A stretch of 64,000 bases of DNA from Lachnospiraceae bacterium (GCA_016293925.1 JAEDCX010000003.1:1154-65153); one strand, 5' to 3'; shown: positions 1-10,068, counted from the stretch's first letter. The notes: generated by a model from the letters alone, not told the origin. Numbers and translations are program-made.

Positions 1-289
1 GCAGCAACAGCTTCGCGCTGTCATATCGCAGCATCTCGTCTCCCCGGTCCAGATATGCTTTGAAATGATCCACCTGCCAGATCATCATGTCCGACAAATC
101 CTTCCCCGCAATCCGCAGATCACACAGAAACTCTCTTCTGTCATAGTAATAGGCAAACTCCCGCAGCAGCCCTTCCGTCCCGCACAGATCATTCCAGAAC
201 TGCTCCAGAAATGCCTCGTCATACCCCGCCGCATCGCACAGTGCAGCCGCATACCCATGCAGCTCACGCATCGCTTCCTGTAGTTCCAT
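1..289 (-). CDS. hypothetical protein, N-terminal part (gene runs off the left edge)
   Basis: This open frame is absent from the ORF track because it has no stop in the window. The ATG at 289-287 is preceded by GGAGGTGGAGAG. It translates MELQEAMRELHGYAAALCDAAGYDEAFLEQFWNDL... No family recognised. Confidence 0.5.
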   Translation of the reverse strand, partial: MELQEAMRELHGYAAALCDAAGYDEAFLEQFWNDLCGTEGLLREFAYYYDRREFLCDLRIAGKDLSDMMIWQVDHFKAYLDRGDEMLRYDSAKLLL

Positions 290-477
290 CTCTCCACCTC
301 CCTGACTCACTTTGATTCTCTGTATGATTGTACCATAGATCCGCAATCCGGAAAAGAGCATGCGGACAGATCGACGGCTTTTGACCGCTTTCCGCGCGGA
401 TTCGTTTTCACGGTTGATTTTTGCCCCAAATCCCTTTAGACTATACCTATACCAAATACACCGGAGAGGCAGTTAGT

Positions 478-1239
478 ATGAAAGAAAAATTATACACAAT
501 CCCTTTGAATGATGCGGTTATGGCGAATGATGAATGTCCCTTCTGCTTCATCGAACGGAAACTGGAACAGGATCTCATGGATTTCGTACTCGGTAACAGC
601 GCATCCTATATGGAAGCGGACGTCCGAGACATGACGGACCGTGCAGGCTTCTGCCGTGATCATTCCCGCAAGATGTTTGAATACGGCAACACCCTCGGCA
701 ACGCCTGGATTCTGAAAACGCATCTGATGCGACTGAACAAAGAAATGAAGCAGGAGATGAAGCATTATTCCGGACACGCAGGCGGTGGGCTCTTCAAGAG
801 CAGGACAGCCTCCGGGAAAAACAATTCCCTGAGCACCTGGATCCAGTCCAAGCAGGACTCCTGTTATATCTGCAACCAGTTTCAGGAGATGTACCAGCGT
901 TCTATGGATTCTTTCCTGAACCTGTATGTGAAGGACAGTGAATTCCGGGAGAAGATCCTTGCCAGCAAAGGCTTCTGCCTGTATCACTTCAGCGACCTGT
1001 GCGAATATGCCCAGTCCCACCTGAGCGACAGAGAGCGCTCCGGCTTCTTCCCTCCCCTCTTCGATCTGATGTCGAAGAACATGGACCGCATCTTTGAGGA
1101 CGTTTCCTGGCTGGTGGAGAAATTCGACTACCGCAATGCCGACGCCGACTGGAAGAATTCCAGGGACGCCATCCAGCGTGCCATGCAGAAGCTGAAAGGC
1201 GGTTATCCGGCAGATCCGCCCTACAAGATGAAGAAATAG
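478..1239 (+). CDS. Cys-rich protein with duplicated CxxC...CxxH module (DUF6062-like)
   Basis: The ATG at 478 follows GGAGAGG; the ORF-track TTG start at 421 is rejected. Two similar modules are present: ECPFC...GFCRDH and SCYIC...GFCLYH. Confidence 0.6.
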   Translation: MKEKLYTIPLNDAVMANDECPFCFIERKLEQDLMDFVLGNSASYMEADVRDMTDRAGFCRDHSRKMFEYGNTLGNAWILKTHLMRLNKEMKQEMKHYSGHAGGGLFKSRTASGKNNSLSTWIQSKQDSCYICNQFQEMYQRSMDSFLNLYVKDSEFREKILASKGFCLYHFSDLCEYAQSHLSDRERSGFFPPLFDLMSKNMDRIFEDVSWLVEKFDYRNADADWKNSRDAIQRAMQKLKGGYPADPPYKMKK

Positions 1240-1286
1240 CGTGGTTGCGACGGATGCCTGATTCCCGCAGCAGATATCCGACAAAA

Positions 1287-1326
1287 AAGCTGTATGCCCG
1301 CGGAACGTTCTCCCGGCATACAGCTT
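1287..1326. terminator. bidirectional intrinsic terminator between convergent genes
   Basis: 12-bp stem AAGCTGTATGCC / GGCATACAGCTT, flanked by an A-run upstream and a T-rich tract downstream. Confidence 0.6.
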
Positions 1327-1354
1327 CTCTTTGTCTGTTTCTGACAGCCTCTGT

Positions 1355-1963
1355 TTAGGTATAACACAATGCACGCATCATATTCAGATAGGTCACGGCG
1401 CCGTCATAGAACCGGTCCGGATCAAACGTTCCGTCCGTGAAGATCTCCACCATAATCCCCTGTATAGTCAACTTCAGCATATTATGGACCATCTCAAAAT
1501 CCGAACGGTCATTGAACAGAGACAACTGGGCTTTCCGGAAAAAAGCATCCTCATAATCCCGGTACGCCCGAATCTTCTCCCGCACCTCCTGAGACAGCTC
1601 CTCACTGTCTTCCTTCATGGCACGCTCCAAAAAATACTGCATATATGGATAATTTCGCATAATCTGGGTACGAATTCCCAGAAGCTGCTGATAAATCACA
1701 AAATAATCCTTCTCCTTGGAGGACACCATCGCTGCTGTCTCCAGCATCGTATATCTGCTGCTATAGTCTACCAAAAACTCGTATAATCCCGCCTTGCTTC
1801 CAAAATAGTGAAATAATAATCCTTTACTGATTCCGGCCTCTCTGACGATATCATCTGTGCTTGCACGCTTGTACCCATTCTCTGCAAACATCTTTAGAGA
1901 CGCATTGATCATACGATCCTGCTTCTCCTTCTTCAGATCAAAAAACTTCTCGTTCATTCCCAT
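1355..1963 (-). CDS. TetR/AcrR family transcriptional regulator
   Basis: N-terminal HTH signature ASTDDIVREAGISKGLLFHYFGSK. Start chosen at MGMNEKF after AAAGGGA; the ORF-track start at 2131 is probably too far upstream. Confidence 0.8.
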   Translation of the reverse strand: MGMNEKFFDLKKEKQDRMINASLKMFAENGYKRASTDDIVREAGISKGLLFHYFGSKAGLYEFLVDYSSRYTMLETAAMVSSKEKDYFVIYQQLLGIRTQIMRNYPYMQYFLERAMKEDSEELSQEVREKIRAYRDYEDAFFRKAQLSLFNDRSDFEMVHNMLKLTIQGIMVEIFTDGTFDPDRFYDGAVTYLNMMRALCYT

Positions 1964-2191
1964 CCCATCCCTTTGACTTTGGTAGTCGATTTTCATCATA
2001 TCATAGGAAATTGGGGCTTTCAAGACAGATTTGGAAACTAGTGATAAGCTTTTTTTCAGATACAAGATGTTGTGTTTTGATCGACTCCCGTCGAGGAATT
2101 CTAAAGTTCCTATAAAATTTTGAATAATCACTTTTCAATTCCGTAAAATAGTATTAAAATACCTATATCTGACATCGAAAGGAGAATCCAC

Positions 2192-2461
2192 ATGAAGAAG
2201 TTTGGTAAATTCTTATTACTTACCACTGTTGTTGGTGCTGCAGCCGGATTGTATGTTTATTCTCAGAAGAAAAAGCAGGAAGAGAATGACGATTTCGAAC
2301 TGGATGACGGTGAGTCATCTGATGATTCCGCAGACTCTTCTGAAGACGCAGATCGTTCCTATGTAAACCTGGATCTTGATGCTGCCGCAGAGACGACCGC
2401 TGCCAAGACAGAGGAATTCTTTGATGACGAGGAAACACAGACTGCTCCGGAAGCTGAATAG
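2192..2461 (+). CDS. small membrane-anchored acidic protein, hypothetical
   Basis: GAAAGGAG SD 7 nt upstream of the ATG. One N-terminal TM helix followed by a D/E/S-rich tail. Confidence 0.55.
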   Translation: MKKFGKFLLLTTVVGAAAGLYVYSQKKKQEENDDFELDDGESSDDSADSSEDADRSYVNLDLDAAAETTAAKTEEFFDDEETQTAPEAE

Positions 2462-2506
2462 ACCGGTTTGCGGGAGGATTTCCTATCCGAATTGTATAAC
2501 TCATTC

Positions 2507-2547
2507 AAAAAGCGTTCTGCATGTACTCCTACATACAGAACGCTTTT
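2507..2547. terminator. bidirectional intrinsic terminator
   Basis: 12-bp stem AAAAGCGTTCTG / CAGAACGCTTTT lying between convergent genes. Confidence 0.65.
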
Positions 2548-2566
2548 CAGTACTGATATCTGATTG

Positions 2567-3919
2567 TTACTCCTCTTCCGGCGCCTTCTTCAGAAGCAGG
2601 TTTGTGAGAATACCCAGAATCAAAGCCACTGCAACCTCTGTGATGGTAACCTTGCCGAAGTTTACAGTCAATCCACCGATACCCGCAATCAGAATCACGG
2701 ACACAACGAACAGGTTTCTGTTCTTGCCAAGATCCACTGCCTGAATCATCTTCAAACCGGATACTGCAATGAATCCGTAGAGAGCCATACAAACACCACC
2801 CATGACACAGCTCGGAATGGAATTCACAAATGCAATGAACGGAGAGAGAAAGGAGATCAGGATTGCTCCGACTGCCGCTGCAATAATGGTTGCCACAGAA
2901 GCGTTCTTCGTAATGGCAACACATCCGATGGACTCACCGTAGGTCGTATTCGGACAACCGCCGAAGAATGCACCGCACATGGAACCTACCCCATCCCCGA
3001 GAAGTGTTCTGTGGAGACCGGGCTCCTTCAGAAGATCACGCTCAATAATGGAGGAAATGTTCTTGTGGTCTGCAATATGTTCTGCAAATACAACGAAAGC
3101 AACCGGGATATAGGCAACTGCAATGGAACCCAGATAACCTGCGTTCATCTCACGAAATCCGTCTACTGCCGTTAAGAAGGTAAAGTCGGGAACGGCAATG
3201 AAGGTCTTGATACTTACACCACCCTCTGTCAATGCCTTGAAAGAATCGAAGGACAGAAGTTTGATGGAATCACAGTCTGTTGCATTCCCGATCAGTGTCA
3301 GAACAAGCGCAAACGCATATCCGGCCAGAATACCGTAGATAAACGGAATCAGACGTCCGGATTTCTTGCCGTAGCTGGAGCACACCATCGTCACAGCGAT
3401 GGTAATCAGACCGCACAGAAGAGCGACATTCGGATGGGCAGAGCCACCTTTCACAATATCACCCATGGCATTGCCGGCAAGAGAGAGTCCGATGATCGCA
3501 ACCGTAGGTCCGATTACCACTGCCGGCATCAGCTTGTTGATCCAGCCAACCCCGACGAATTTGACGATAATCGCAATCACAACGTACACAAGACCTGCAA
3601 AGACTGCACCAAAGATCAATCCAAGGTATCCAAGTTGCATGGAAACGCCGCCGGCAAATGCAGCGGCCATGGAGCCTAAGAATGCGAAAGAAGATCCCAG
3701 GAACACGGGACTCTTTCTTGCGGTGAACAACACATAAACCAAAGTACCTACACCGGCTCCGAACAAGGCTGCGGCTGAACTCATGTTGCTTCCCGTTGCA
3801 GAGTTCGTGATAATCGGGACCACCAATGTCGCCGTCATAATCGCCAACAGCTGCTGAATCGCAAACACAATAAGTGCACCGAATTTCGGCTTATCTTCTA
3901 CCTGATAAATTAATTTCAT
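2567..3919 (-). CDS. NCS2-family nucleobase (uracil/xanthine-type) permease
   Basis: Polytopic membrane protein with an NCS2-like pattern (FAIQQLLAIMTATLVVP..., C-terminal GESIG...). ATG at 3919 with a GGAGGTG SD. The 76-codon N-terminal extension in the ORF track is rejected. Confidence 0.8.
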   Translation of the reverse strand: MKLIYQVEDKPKFGALIVFAIQQLLAIMTATLVVPIITNSATGSNMSSAAALFGAGVGTLVYVLFTARKSPVFLGSSFAFLGSMAAAFAGGVSMQLGYLGLIFGAVFAGLVYVVIAIIVKFVGVGWINKLMPAVVIGPTVAIIGLSLAGNAMGDIVKGGSAHPNVALLCGLITIAVTMVCSSYGKKSGRLIPFIYGILAGYAFALVLTLIGNATDCDSIKLLSFDSFKALTEGGVSIKTFIAVPDFTFLTAVDGFREMNAGYLGSIAVAYIPVAFVVFAEHIADHKNISSIIERDLLKEPGLHRTLLGDGVGSMCGAFFGGCPNTTYGESIGCVAITKNASVATIIAAAVGAILISFLSPFIAFVNSIPSCVMGGVCMALYGFIAVSGLKMIQAVDLGKNRNLFVVSVILIAGIGGLTVNFGKVTITEVAVALILGILTNLLLKKAPEEE

Positions 3920-3953
3920 ACCCACCTCCATAAAGAATACATTTACTACTCTG

Positions 3954-3982
3954 ATGTTAGCACAGGCCATGTACTTTGACAA
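3954..3982 (-). promoter_or_regulatory. sigma-A type promoter for the permease
   Basis: TTGTCA-17 nt-TAACAT with a TG at the extended -10 position, about 35 nt upstream of the SD. Confidence 0.5.
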
Positions 3983-4014
3983 TTCTTTTTCACGAAAAAA
4001 TGACTTTTTTTGTC

Positions 4015-4041
4015 CAAAAAACACACGATCTTGTGTTTTTT
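4015..4041. terminator. intrinsic terminator (symmetric A-run / stem / T-run)
   Basis: AAAAAACACA-cgatct-TGTGTTTTTT. It lies downstream of the DUF2225-like gene on the minus strand. Confidence 0.6.
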
Positions 4042-4220
4042 TGTTGTTATGTCTACTACATGTGACCCGCCAACGACGGTGTATCATTCTCCCGGTGAGG
4101 TTCCGTTTTCCCCTTTCCACAGACTTCTGACACCCGGATCCTATCATGCAAAAAGCACCCGCCCATGCCCCTCCGGTTCTCCCCGGAGCACAGGTGGATG
4201 CTTATGAAATCCATCCAAAA

Positions 4221-5075
4221 CTACTTCCCCATCTTCTGTTCTTTAATCTTAATCATCAACATCTCTTTCAGATCCCGCGCTTTCTCTTTCATGCGGGGAT
4301 TGGCCACGGAAGAGACGAGGATAGAAGAGACCAGTTTGGATGCCACATCATACTGGTCGAAGCGCATTGCCGTAACCGCAATCAGGTAGTCAACGGTACA
4401 CTCATCCATACCGCACATCGGATATCCTTCGGACTGTCTTGCCGCGAGAAATCCCTCCATTGCATTCCGCAGGAATTCATTCTCCGCGTCCTCACATTCC
4501 TTCTTCTGCTGTGTGAAGTTCGAATCCTTGACGTTCAAATGCTCTGCCTTGCCTCGAATCAGCCAGGCAGCCTTCAGACAGATATATGCCTTCTCACTTG
4601 GCTTCGCCTGCTTGACAATGGCATTGGCCAGTGTCAGCTTATATCGCTCCAATGCCTGATCGTATGTATAGATCTCAGAAGTTTCTTTCTGCGGCTTGAA
4701 AGTTTTCGTGATCTGCTCCTGAATCTTCTTCGCCTGTGGCGCCGTCAGGAATTTGAAATACCGGCTCAAGGATGTATATCCGCATTTGGGACAGGATATC
4801 ACATCATATTTCAGCATATCAATATTTTCGTATTTCGGTCTTAAATCAAGATCGGTTCCGATCAGCTTCGCCTTGCCGATTTTCACCGTTTTTGATTTGA
4901 ATTCGCAATCACAGATGGGACAATTCTGTGTTTTATCAAACAGAAAATCCTGCTCGGAAGGGGCAGACGGTGCTACTGCCTGCTTGATTTCCTCCGAAGC
5001 TTCTTTCTCATAGAGATTCATCCCCTCCAGACCACCGAGACCAAATTGTTCCAGTCCAGATAATAAACCTGCCAT
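4221..5075 (-). CDS. DUF2225-like zinc-ribbon protein
   Basis: CPICDC...CPKCGY zinc-ribbon pairs followed by a helical C-terminal half. ATG at 5075 after GGGAGGT. Confidence 0.65.
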   Translation of the reverse strand: MAGLLSGLEQFGLGGLEGMNLYEKEASEEIKQAVAPSAPSEQDFLFDKTQNCPICDCEFKSKTVKIGKAKLIGTDLDLRPKYENIDMLKYDVISCPKCGYTSLSRYFKFLTAPQAKKIQEQITKTFKPQKETSEIYTYDQALERYKLTLANAIVKQAKPSEKAYICLKAAWLIRGKAEHLNVKDSNFTQQKKECEDAENEFLRNAMEGFLAARQSEGYPMCGMDECTVDYLIAVTAMRFDQYDVASKLVSSILVSSVANPRMKEKARDLKEMLMIKIKEQKMGK

Positions 5076-5162
5076 AATACCTCCCATAATCCGGGAACCT
5101 GCTCCCTTATCTTTCCCCGGGTCCTATTTCCCCTGTTATCCGGTTCCCCCGAACCGTTTTTC

Positions 5163-6863
5163 TCATCCCTTGGGCAGTACAAAAGAACTCTTCAGGGAAA
5201 CGATTCTGTTGAATACAAGCGCATCCGGTCTGGAATCCTTGTAATCCACGTTGAAGAAACCGTTTCTGACAAACTGGAAGCTGTCATATGCTTTCGCGTC
5301 CGCAAGTGCAGGCTCCAGACAGCAATCCTTCATCACGGTAAGCGAATTCGGATTCAGATTCAGACTTCCGTCCTCCTCATTGTATACACCCTTCTCTTCA
5401 TCCACAATATTCTCATACAACCGGACTTCCGCCCTGACCGCATACGGCGCCGGCACCCAGTGGATGGTACCCTTCACCTTTCTGCCCTCGAAGCCGGAAC
5501 CGGCTTTTGTCTCCGGATCATAGGTACAATGTACTTCCACCACCCTGCCGTTCTCATCCTTCACATAATCCGTACAGGTCACAAAATAAGCATGCATGAG
5601 ACGTACTTCATTGCCCGGGAAGAGACGATAATACTTCTTCGGAGGCTCTTCCATGAAATCCTCTCTCTCGATGTACAGTTCCCTGCAAAACGGCACCTTG
5701 CGAGAACCAAGTTCGGGATTCTCCAAATTGTTGGCTACATCAAGATATTCGGTTTCTCCCTCCGGATAGTTATCAATAATCAGCTTGATCGGATCCAGAA
5801 CCGCCATCATACGTGGCTTCTTCATCTTCAGATCCTCACGGATACAATACTCCAGCATCGCATAATCCACGCTGGAATTACTCTTGGACACACCGCACAG
5901 ATCCACAAACATCTTGATGGATTCCGGTGTGAATCCGCGGCGGCGAAGGGCTGCGATGGATACCAGCCGGGGATCATCCCAACCGTCTACGATTCCTGTC
6001 TCCACCAGTTTCTTAATATATCTCTTCCCCGTCACCACATTGGTCAGATACATCTTGGCAAACTCAATCTGTCTCGGCGGGTTCGGAAATTCCAATTCTC
6101 TGACTACCCAGTCATACAGAGGTCTGTGATCCTCAAATTCCAACGTACAGATGGAATGCGTAATACCTTCGATTGCATCTTCGATCGGATGGGCAAAATC
6201 GTACATCGGATAGATGCACCATTTGTCCCCGGTGTTCTGATGGGACATATGAGCCACGCGATAGAGAATCGGATCACGCATATTGATGTTTGGGGATGAC
6301 ATGTCAATCTTCGCCCGAAGGGTCTTCTCTCCGTCCGCGTATTTGCCGGCTTTCATGTCTTCAAACATACGGAGATTCTCTTCCACACTTCTGTCCCGGT
6401 TCGGATCGTTCTTCCCCGGCTCGGTCAGTGTCCCTCTGTATTCCCGCATCTCATCCGCTGTCAGGTCAGACACATACGCCTTCCCTTTCCGGATCAGCGT
6501 CAACGCGCCCTCATACATCTGATCAAAATAGTCGGAAGCAAAGAACAATCTGTCCTCCCAATCCGCTCCCAGCCATTCGATATCCCGTTTGATGGACTCT
6601 ACGAATTCCGACTTCTCCTTGGTCGGGTTCGTATCGTCAAACCGCATATTGAATTTACCGTTATATTTCTGTGCAAGCCCGTAATTCAACAGAATACTCT
6701 TGGCATGCCCGATATGAAGATATCCGTTCGGTTCCGGCGGAAATCTGGTATGAACCGTATCATAAACGCCCTCTGCCAGATCCTTTTCAATCTCCATCTC
6801 GATAAAGTTTCTGGAGACAACCTCTCTGTCTTCTCCATTCTCTGTCATCTTTTTCTCTTCCAT
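5163..6863 (-). CDS. glnS: glutamine--tRNA ligase
   Basis: [18 protein letters not shown]...[11 protein letters not shown] closely resembles the E. coli GlnRS N-terminus. Length of 566 aa fits. Confidence 0.92.
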   Translation of the reverse strand: MEEKKMTENGEDREVVSRNFIEMEIEKDLAEGVYDTVHTRFPPEPNGYLHIGHAKSILLNYGLAQKYNGKFNMRFDDTNPTKEKSEFVESIKRDIEWLGADWEDRLFFASDYFDQMYEGALTLIRKGKAYVSDLTADEMREYRGTLTEPGKNDPNRDRSVEENLRMFEDMKAGKYADGEKTLRAKIDMSSPNINMRDPILYRVAHMSHQNTGDKWCIYPMYDFAHPIEDAIEGITHSICTLEFEDHRPLYDWVVRELEFPNPPRQIEFAKMYLTNVVTGKRYIKKLVETGIVDGWDDPRLVSIAALRRRGFTPESIKMFVDLCGVSKSNSSVDYAMLEYCIREDLKMKKPRMMAVLDPIKLIIDNYPEGETEYLDVANNLENPELGSRKVPFCRELYIEREDFMEEPPKKYYRLFPGNEVRLMHAYFVTCTDYVKDENGRVVEVHCTYDPETKAGSGFEGRKVKGTIHWVPAPYAVRAEVRLYENIVDEEKGVYNEEDGSLNLNPNSLTVMKDCCLEPALADAKAYDSFQFVRNGFFNVDYKDSRPDALVFNRIVSLKSSFVLPKG

Positions 6864-6936
6864 CCTAAGGTACTACTCCCTCATTCATGTTTGTCGTGTA
6901 AATTCCATTATATAGGATTTTTATGCACAGTGCCAC

Positions 6937-9624
6937 CTAAAAATTGCTCTGTTCTTGTTCTTTCTGATGTACATATTTGGATTCAAAGCGGTCTCTGGGC
7001 ATCGGTCTGTCAAAATAATATCCCTGAATCATTCTGACCTGCATCCCCTCCAGAACCTTATACTGCTCCTTGGTCTCAATTCCTTCCACGCACAGACTGA
7101 CCCCGATCGTATTGGCCAACTCACCGACCATCTTAATGAAAGACTGGGAATAGGCATCCTCTGCCAGATCCCTGACGAAGCTCTGATCTACCTTGATCAC
7201 GTCAAATGAAATCTCTCTGATATGGTTGAGCGAAGAGTACCCGGTTCCGAAATCATCCAGTGCGATCCGAACGCCAAGCTGTCTGATCTTATCGAGAATC
7301 TCTTTCATACGCTGCATATCGTTAATGGCAAGACTCTCCGTCACCTCCAGCGTCAGATTCCTCGGATTGATTCCGGTCTCCTCAAGCGCCTGCTCCACAA
7401 TCTCTTTGATATCTGTCTGCAGCAACTGAACCACCGACAGGTTCACATTGACCTTGTAGTCCGGTTTACCGTTATCGTTCCAGTATTTGCAGGTCTTGCA
7501 GGCTTCCCGCAGTACATAGTTGCCGATCGGATTAATGAGTCCGAGATATTCGGCCAGCGGAATGAACTCTGCCGGCGGAACGAATCCCAGCTCCTGGGAA
7601 TTCCATCGGATCAACGCCTCGGCACCGCAACAAGGCGTACCCTCCTTGGAAATATCGACGATCGGCTGGTAGTATACCTCGAACTCCTGATATCCCTGCA
7701 CCGTGGCGTCCCGCATATTTTTCTCCATATCCAGCCTCTTGCTGGATACGGAATCACTGTTATTCCTATATTCCGCCACACGGTTCTTGCCGCTTTTCTT
7801 GGCCTCGTACATGGCGATATCTGCCTTTTTGATCAGATCCTGTACATTCTCACCCGCCGTCGGAAACTCTACGACGCCCATACTCATGGTACAGTAATAA
7901 TCTGCATCTTTCAAAAACCAGGGTTTGGAGAAAATCGACTTAATATCTTCGATAATCAGGCTGACCTTGGGAAAATACTCAATCGGGACGATAATGACAA
8001 ACTCATCGCCGCCCATTCTGTAACAAGTATTGGTGATCCCCTCAATACGCTGCAGACTGTGGGAAATCGCTTTCAGCAGCACATCCCCGTACTGATGACC
8101 GAGGCCATCGTTAATATGCTTGAAATCATCCAGATCCAGATAGAGAAGCGCACCTCTCTGCCCCTTCTTCTTGGCCTCATCAATATGCCATGCAAGATCC
8201 CGTTCACAGCACATTCTGTTAAACAGGCCCGTCAGGAAATCCGTATACGCCTGCTGCTCTATCTTCTTCTGGTAATTCTTCTTCTCCGTAATATCGTATG
8301 CCGCATATACTCTGGATGCACGCCCATCCACCCATTTCAGGTCGGAAGCGTGTATCTCATACCAATTGCCGGTAGCCAGGTGCTGTACCTCATAATGATT
8401 CTCCGCACTCTTCACCGGTTTCCCGTCCACGAATATCTCTTTCAGGGAATTGTTCTCCAATTCCTCGGCAAAAGCACCCTTCAACACCCGGTTGGCAAAA
8501 AGTATCCTGCCGTCCTTCACATCCTCCACATAGATCGCCGCTCCCATGTGGTCCAGAATGGATTCCAGCGATGCGTAGGAACTGATCAAGGAATTCTTCT
8601 GAATCCGCTTCATCATCACGCTCTGAATAATCTTGGCGGCATCGTTCATGAACTTGATGTCATCCACATCATATGTCCGTTCCGTCTTGCACTCATTGAA
8701 ACAGGCATACATACTGATCTTGCCATTGATGGTAATCGGAATCACCGCAATCGTCCTGATGTGATTCCGGTGCAGTTCTTCCCGCTCTGCCTGATTCACA
8801 CAATGATTCAGGCTTGTAATATATGTTTTCTCGTGGCATAGAAGATTCGATCTTGTCAGTCCCCGGGTCTGATCGAAAATAGATACAATCCCCTGATTGC
8901 AGAACTCTGCAAGGATATCCATCGTGGTTCCGTCCTGATTCACCCGGATGACCTGCCCGGAACTGATCTCCAGATACTGCACCGCAATCTTCAGAATCTG
9001 CGTTGCCACTTCTTCAATTGTCCTGTCGCTCTCCAGAAGGGAGACCACCTGGGTAAACGCCTCAATCCGTTTCAGGGAGTGACTCATATCCTCCCTGGAG
9101 GATCTGTCCTTCATGGCTTCGATATTCATCTGCTGGGACTGGATGCGCGCATCCACCATTTTGAACGTTATCTCCCGCATCAGATCCAGCATATCCAGGA
9201 AATGTCTCTCACTGATCGTGCGGGATATCCCTGCAAGGAGATTCTCCGGCCGCATATCGGGCGTTGTCTCCAACACCGCACAGATAATCCAGTTCAGGTA
9301 AATCGCACCCTTACTGCGGATGGAAATCGCCGCAACGCGCACGTTATCATAACCGGTTTCCACAATGACCTGCTCTTCCAGTGCATTCTCCGATACCTGC
9401 CTGCATGCACGCAGAAAGGTATCCATGCCAACCTTGTCAAAGATGACCGATACATCGTCCTTATCCCCCGACATATCCGTAATCATCCTGCCCTCCGTGT
9501 CCATTGCAAACGCAAATACGCCGGCCACCCTGCAGAATCGGTTCTGAATCTTGTTCAGCCCCTTTACTTCCAGGACGCCCCGCATCGGATCCTTCTGAAG
9601 AACCACATTGCCACGTTCTGTCAT
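6937..9624 (-). CDS. multidomain sensor diguanylate cyclase/phosphodiesterase (GGDEF + EAL)
   Basis: Intact RMGGDEFVIIV, then EALIRW...DDFGTGYSS. Sensory region of about 450 aa at the N-terminus. GGGAGG SD. Confidence 0.9.
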   Translation of the reverse strand: MTERGNVVLQKDPMRGVLEVKGLNKIQNRFCRVAGVFAFAMDTEGRMITDMSGDKDDVSVIFDKVGMDTFLRACRQVSENALEEQVIVETGYDNVRVAAISIRSKGAIYLNWIICAVLETTPDMRPENLLAGISRTISERHFLDMLDLMREITFKMVDARIQSQQMNIEAMKDRSSREDMSHSLKRIEAFTQVVSLLESDRTIEEVATQILKIAVQYLEISSGQVIRVNQDGTTMDILAEFCNQGIVSIFDQTRGLTRSNLLCHEKTYITSLNHCVNQAEREELHRNHIRTIAVIPITINGKISMYACFNECKTERTYDVDDIKFMNDAAKIIQSVMMKRIQKNSLISSYASLESILDHMGAAIYVEDVKDGRILFANRVLKGAFAEELENNSLKEIFVDGKPVKSAENHYEVQHLATGNWYEIHASDLKWVDGRASRVYAAYDITEKKNYQKKIEQQAYTDFLTGLFNRMCCERDLAWHIDEAKKKGQRGALLYLDLDDFKHINDGLGHQYGDVLLKAISHSLQRIEGITNTCYRMGGDEFVIIVPIEYFPKVSLIIEDIKSIFSKPWFLKDADYYCTMSMGVVEFPTAGENVQDLIKKADIAMYEAKKSGKNRVAEYRNNSDSVSSKRLDMEKNMRDATVQGYQEFEVYYQPIVDISKEGTPCCGAEALIRWNSQELGFVPPAEFIPLAEYLGLINPIGNYVLREACKTCKYWNDNGKPDYKVNVNLSVVQLLQTDIKEIVEQALEETGINPRNLTLEVTESLAINDMQRMKEILDKIRQLGVRIALDDFGTGYSSLNHIREISFDVIKVDQSFVRDLAEDAYSQSFIKMVGELANTIGVSLCVEGIETKEQYKVLEGMQVRMIQGYYFDRPMPRDRFESKYVHQKEQEQSNF

Positions 9625-9986
9625 CCATGCCTCCCAGTTTCACAAAATTGCGCAAAAAAATACCCCTTACACAATTTCCGTATGTCAATATTTTACATGA
9701 AACGGCATGGTTTTGCAACAAAATGCCTCCTAAATCCATCGCAAATTTTACAATATATTCCGACCTTTCTGGTACTACAGTACTATTGTTATGCGCATTT
9801 TGTTCCCAGTTGTGCGCAAAATACCCACAGTTTTACCACTTCCTCTCGCCAAGCCAGCGGTTCACCTTTTCCATCAGACCATTCACAGACCCCAACAGAT
9901 CCATAAACAGAACTGCTGCCAGTGACCTAATTGGTTTTATCAGCAGAACACCCGCCGAATTTTCCTCTTTGTAAAGACCAGAATGT

Positions 9987-10022
9987 TAAAAACGGCAGCC
10001 CCGGTCATACCGGAACTGCCGT
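9987..10022 (-). terminator. guaB terminator
   Basis: ACGGCAG...CTGCCGT stem with an inner CCGG/CCGG pairing, followed by a U-run on the minus strand. Confidence 0.65.
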
Positions 10023-10068
10023 CATACTATCTGTCCGTCAGTCAATTCATGCCAGCCGACGAATGCTG

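Noticed and set aside
3954-3967. 14-nt identity GCCTGTGCTAACAT shared by the permease promoter (3954-3967) and the aspS/T-box promoter (20902-20915).
   Set aside because: The identity is explained by two extended -10 promoters (TGcTAACAT). It is too short to argue for a common regulator without more copies.
3920-4147. N-terminal extension of the permease ORF. Analogous extensions occur at 57147-57320, 58030-58194, 1964-2131 and 29608-29802.
   Set aside because: The extensions cross terminators or promoters or have non-protein-like composition. Strong SD motifs precede the internal starts chosen.
7222-8841. 539-aa plus-strand ORF. Similar long antisense ORFs occur at 490-1374(-), 9931-11226(+), 15431-16414(+), 19234-20442(+), 44875-45687(+), 46572-47522(+), 54571-55575(+) and 58165-59223(+).
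   Set aside because: Each lies entirely opposite a gene with clear family motifs. Each has His/Arg/Cys/Leu-rich composition typical of shadow frames and lacks an SD sequence.
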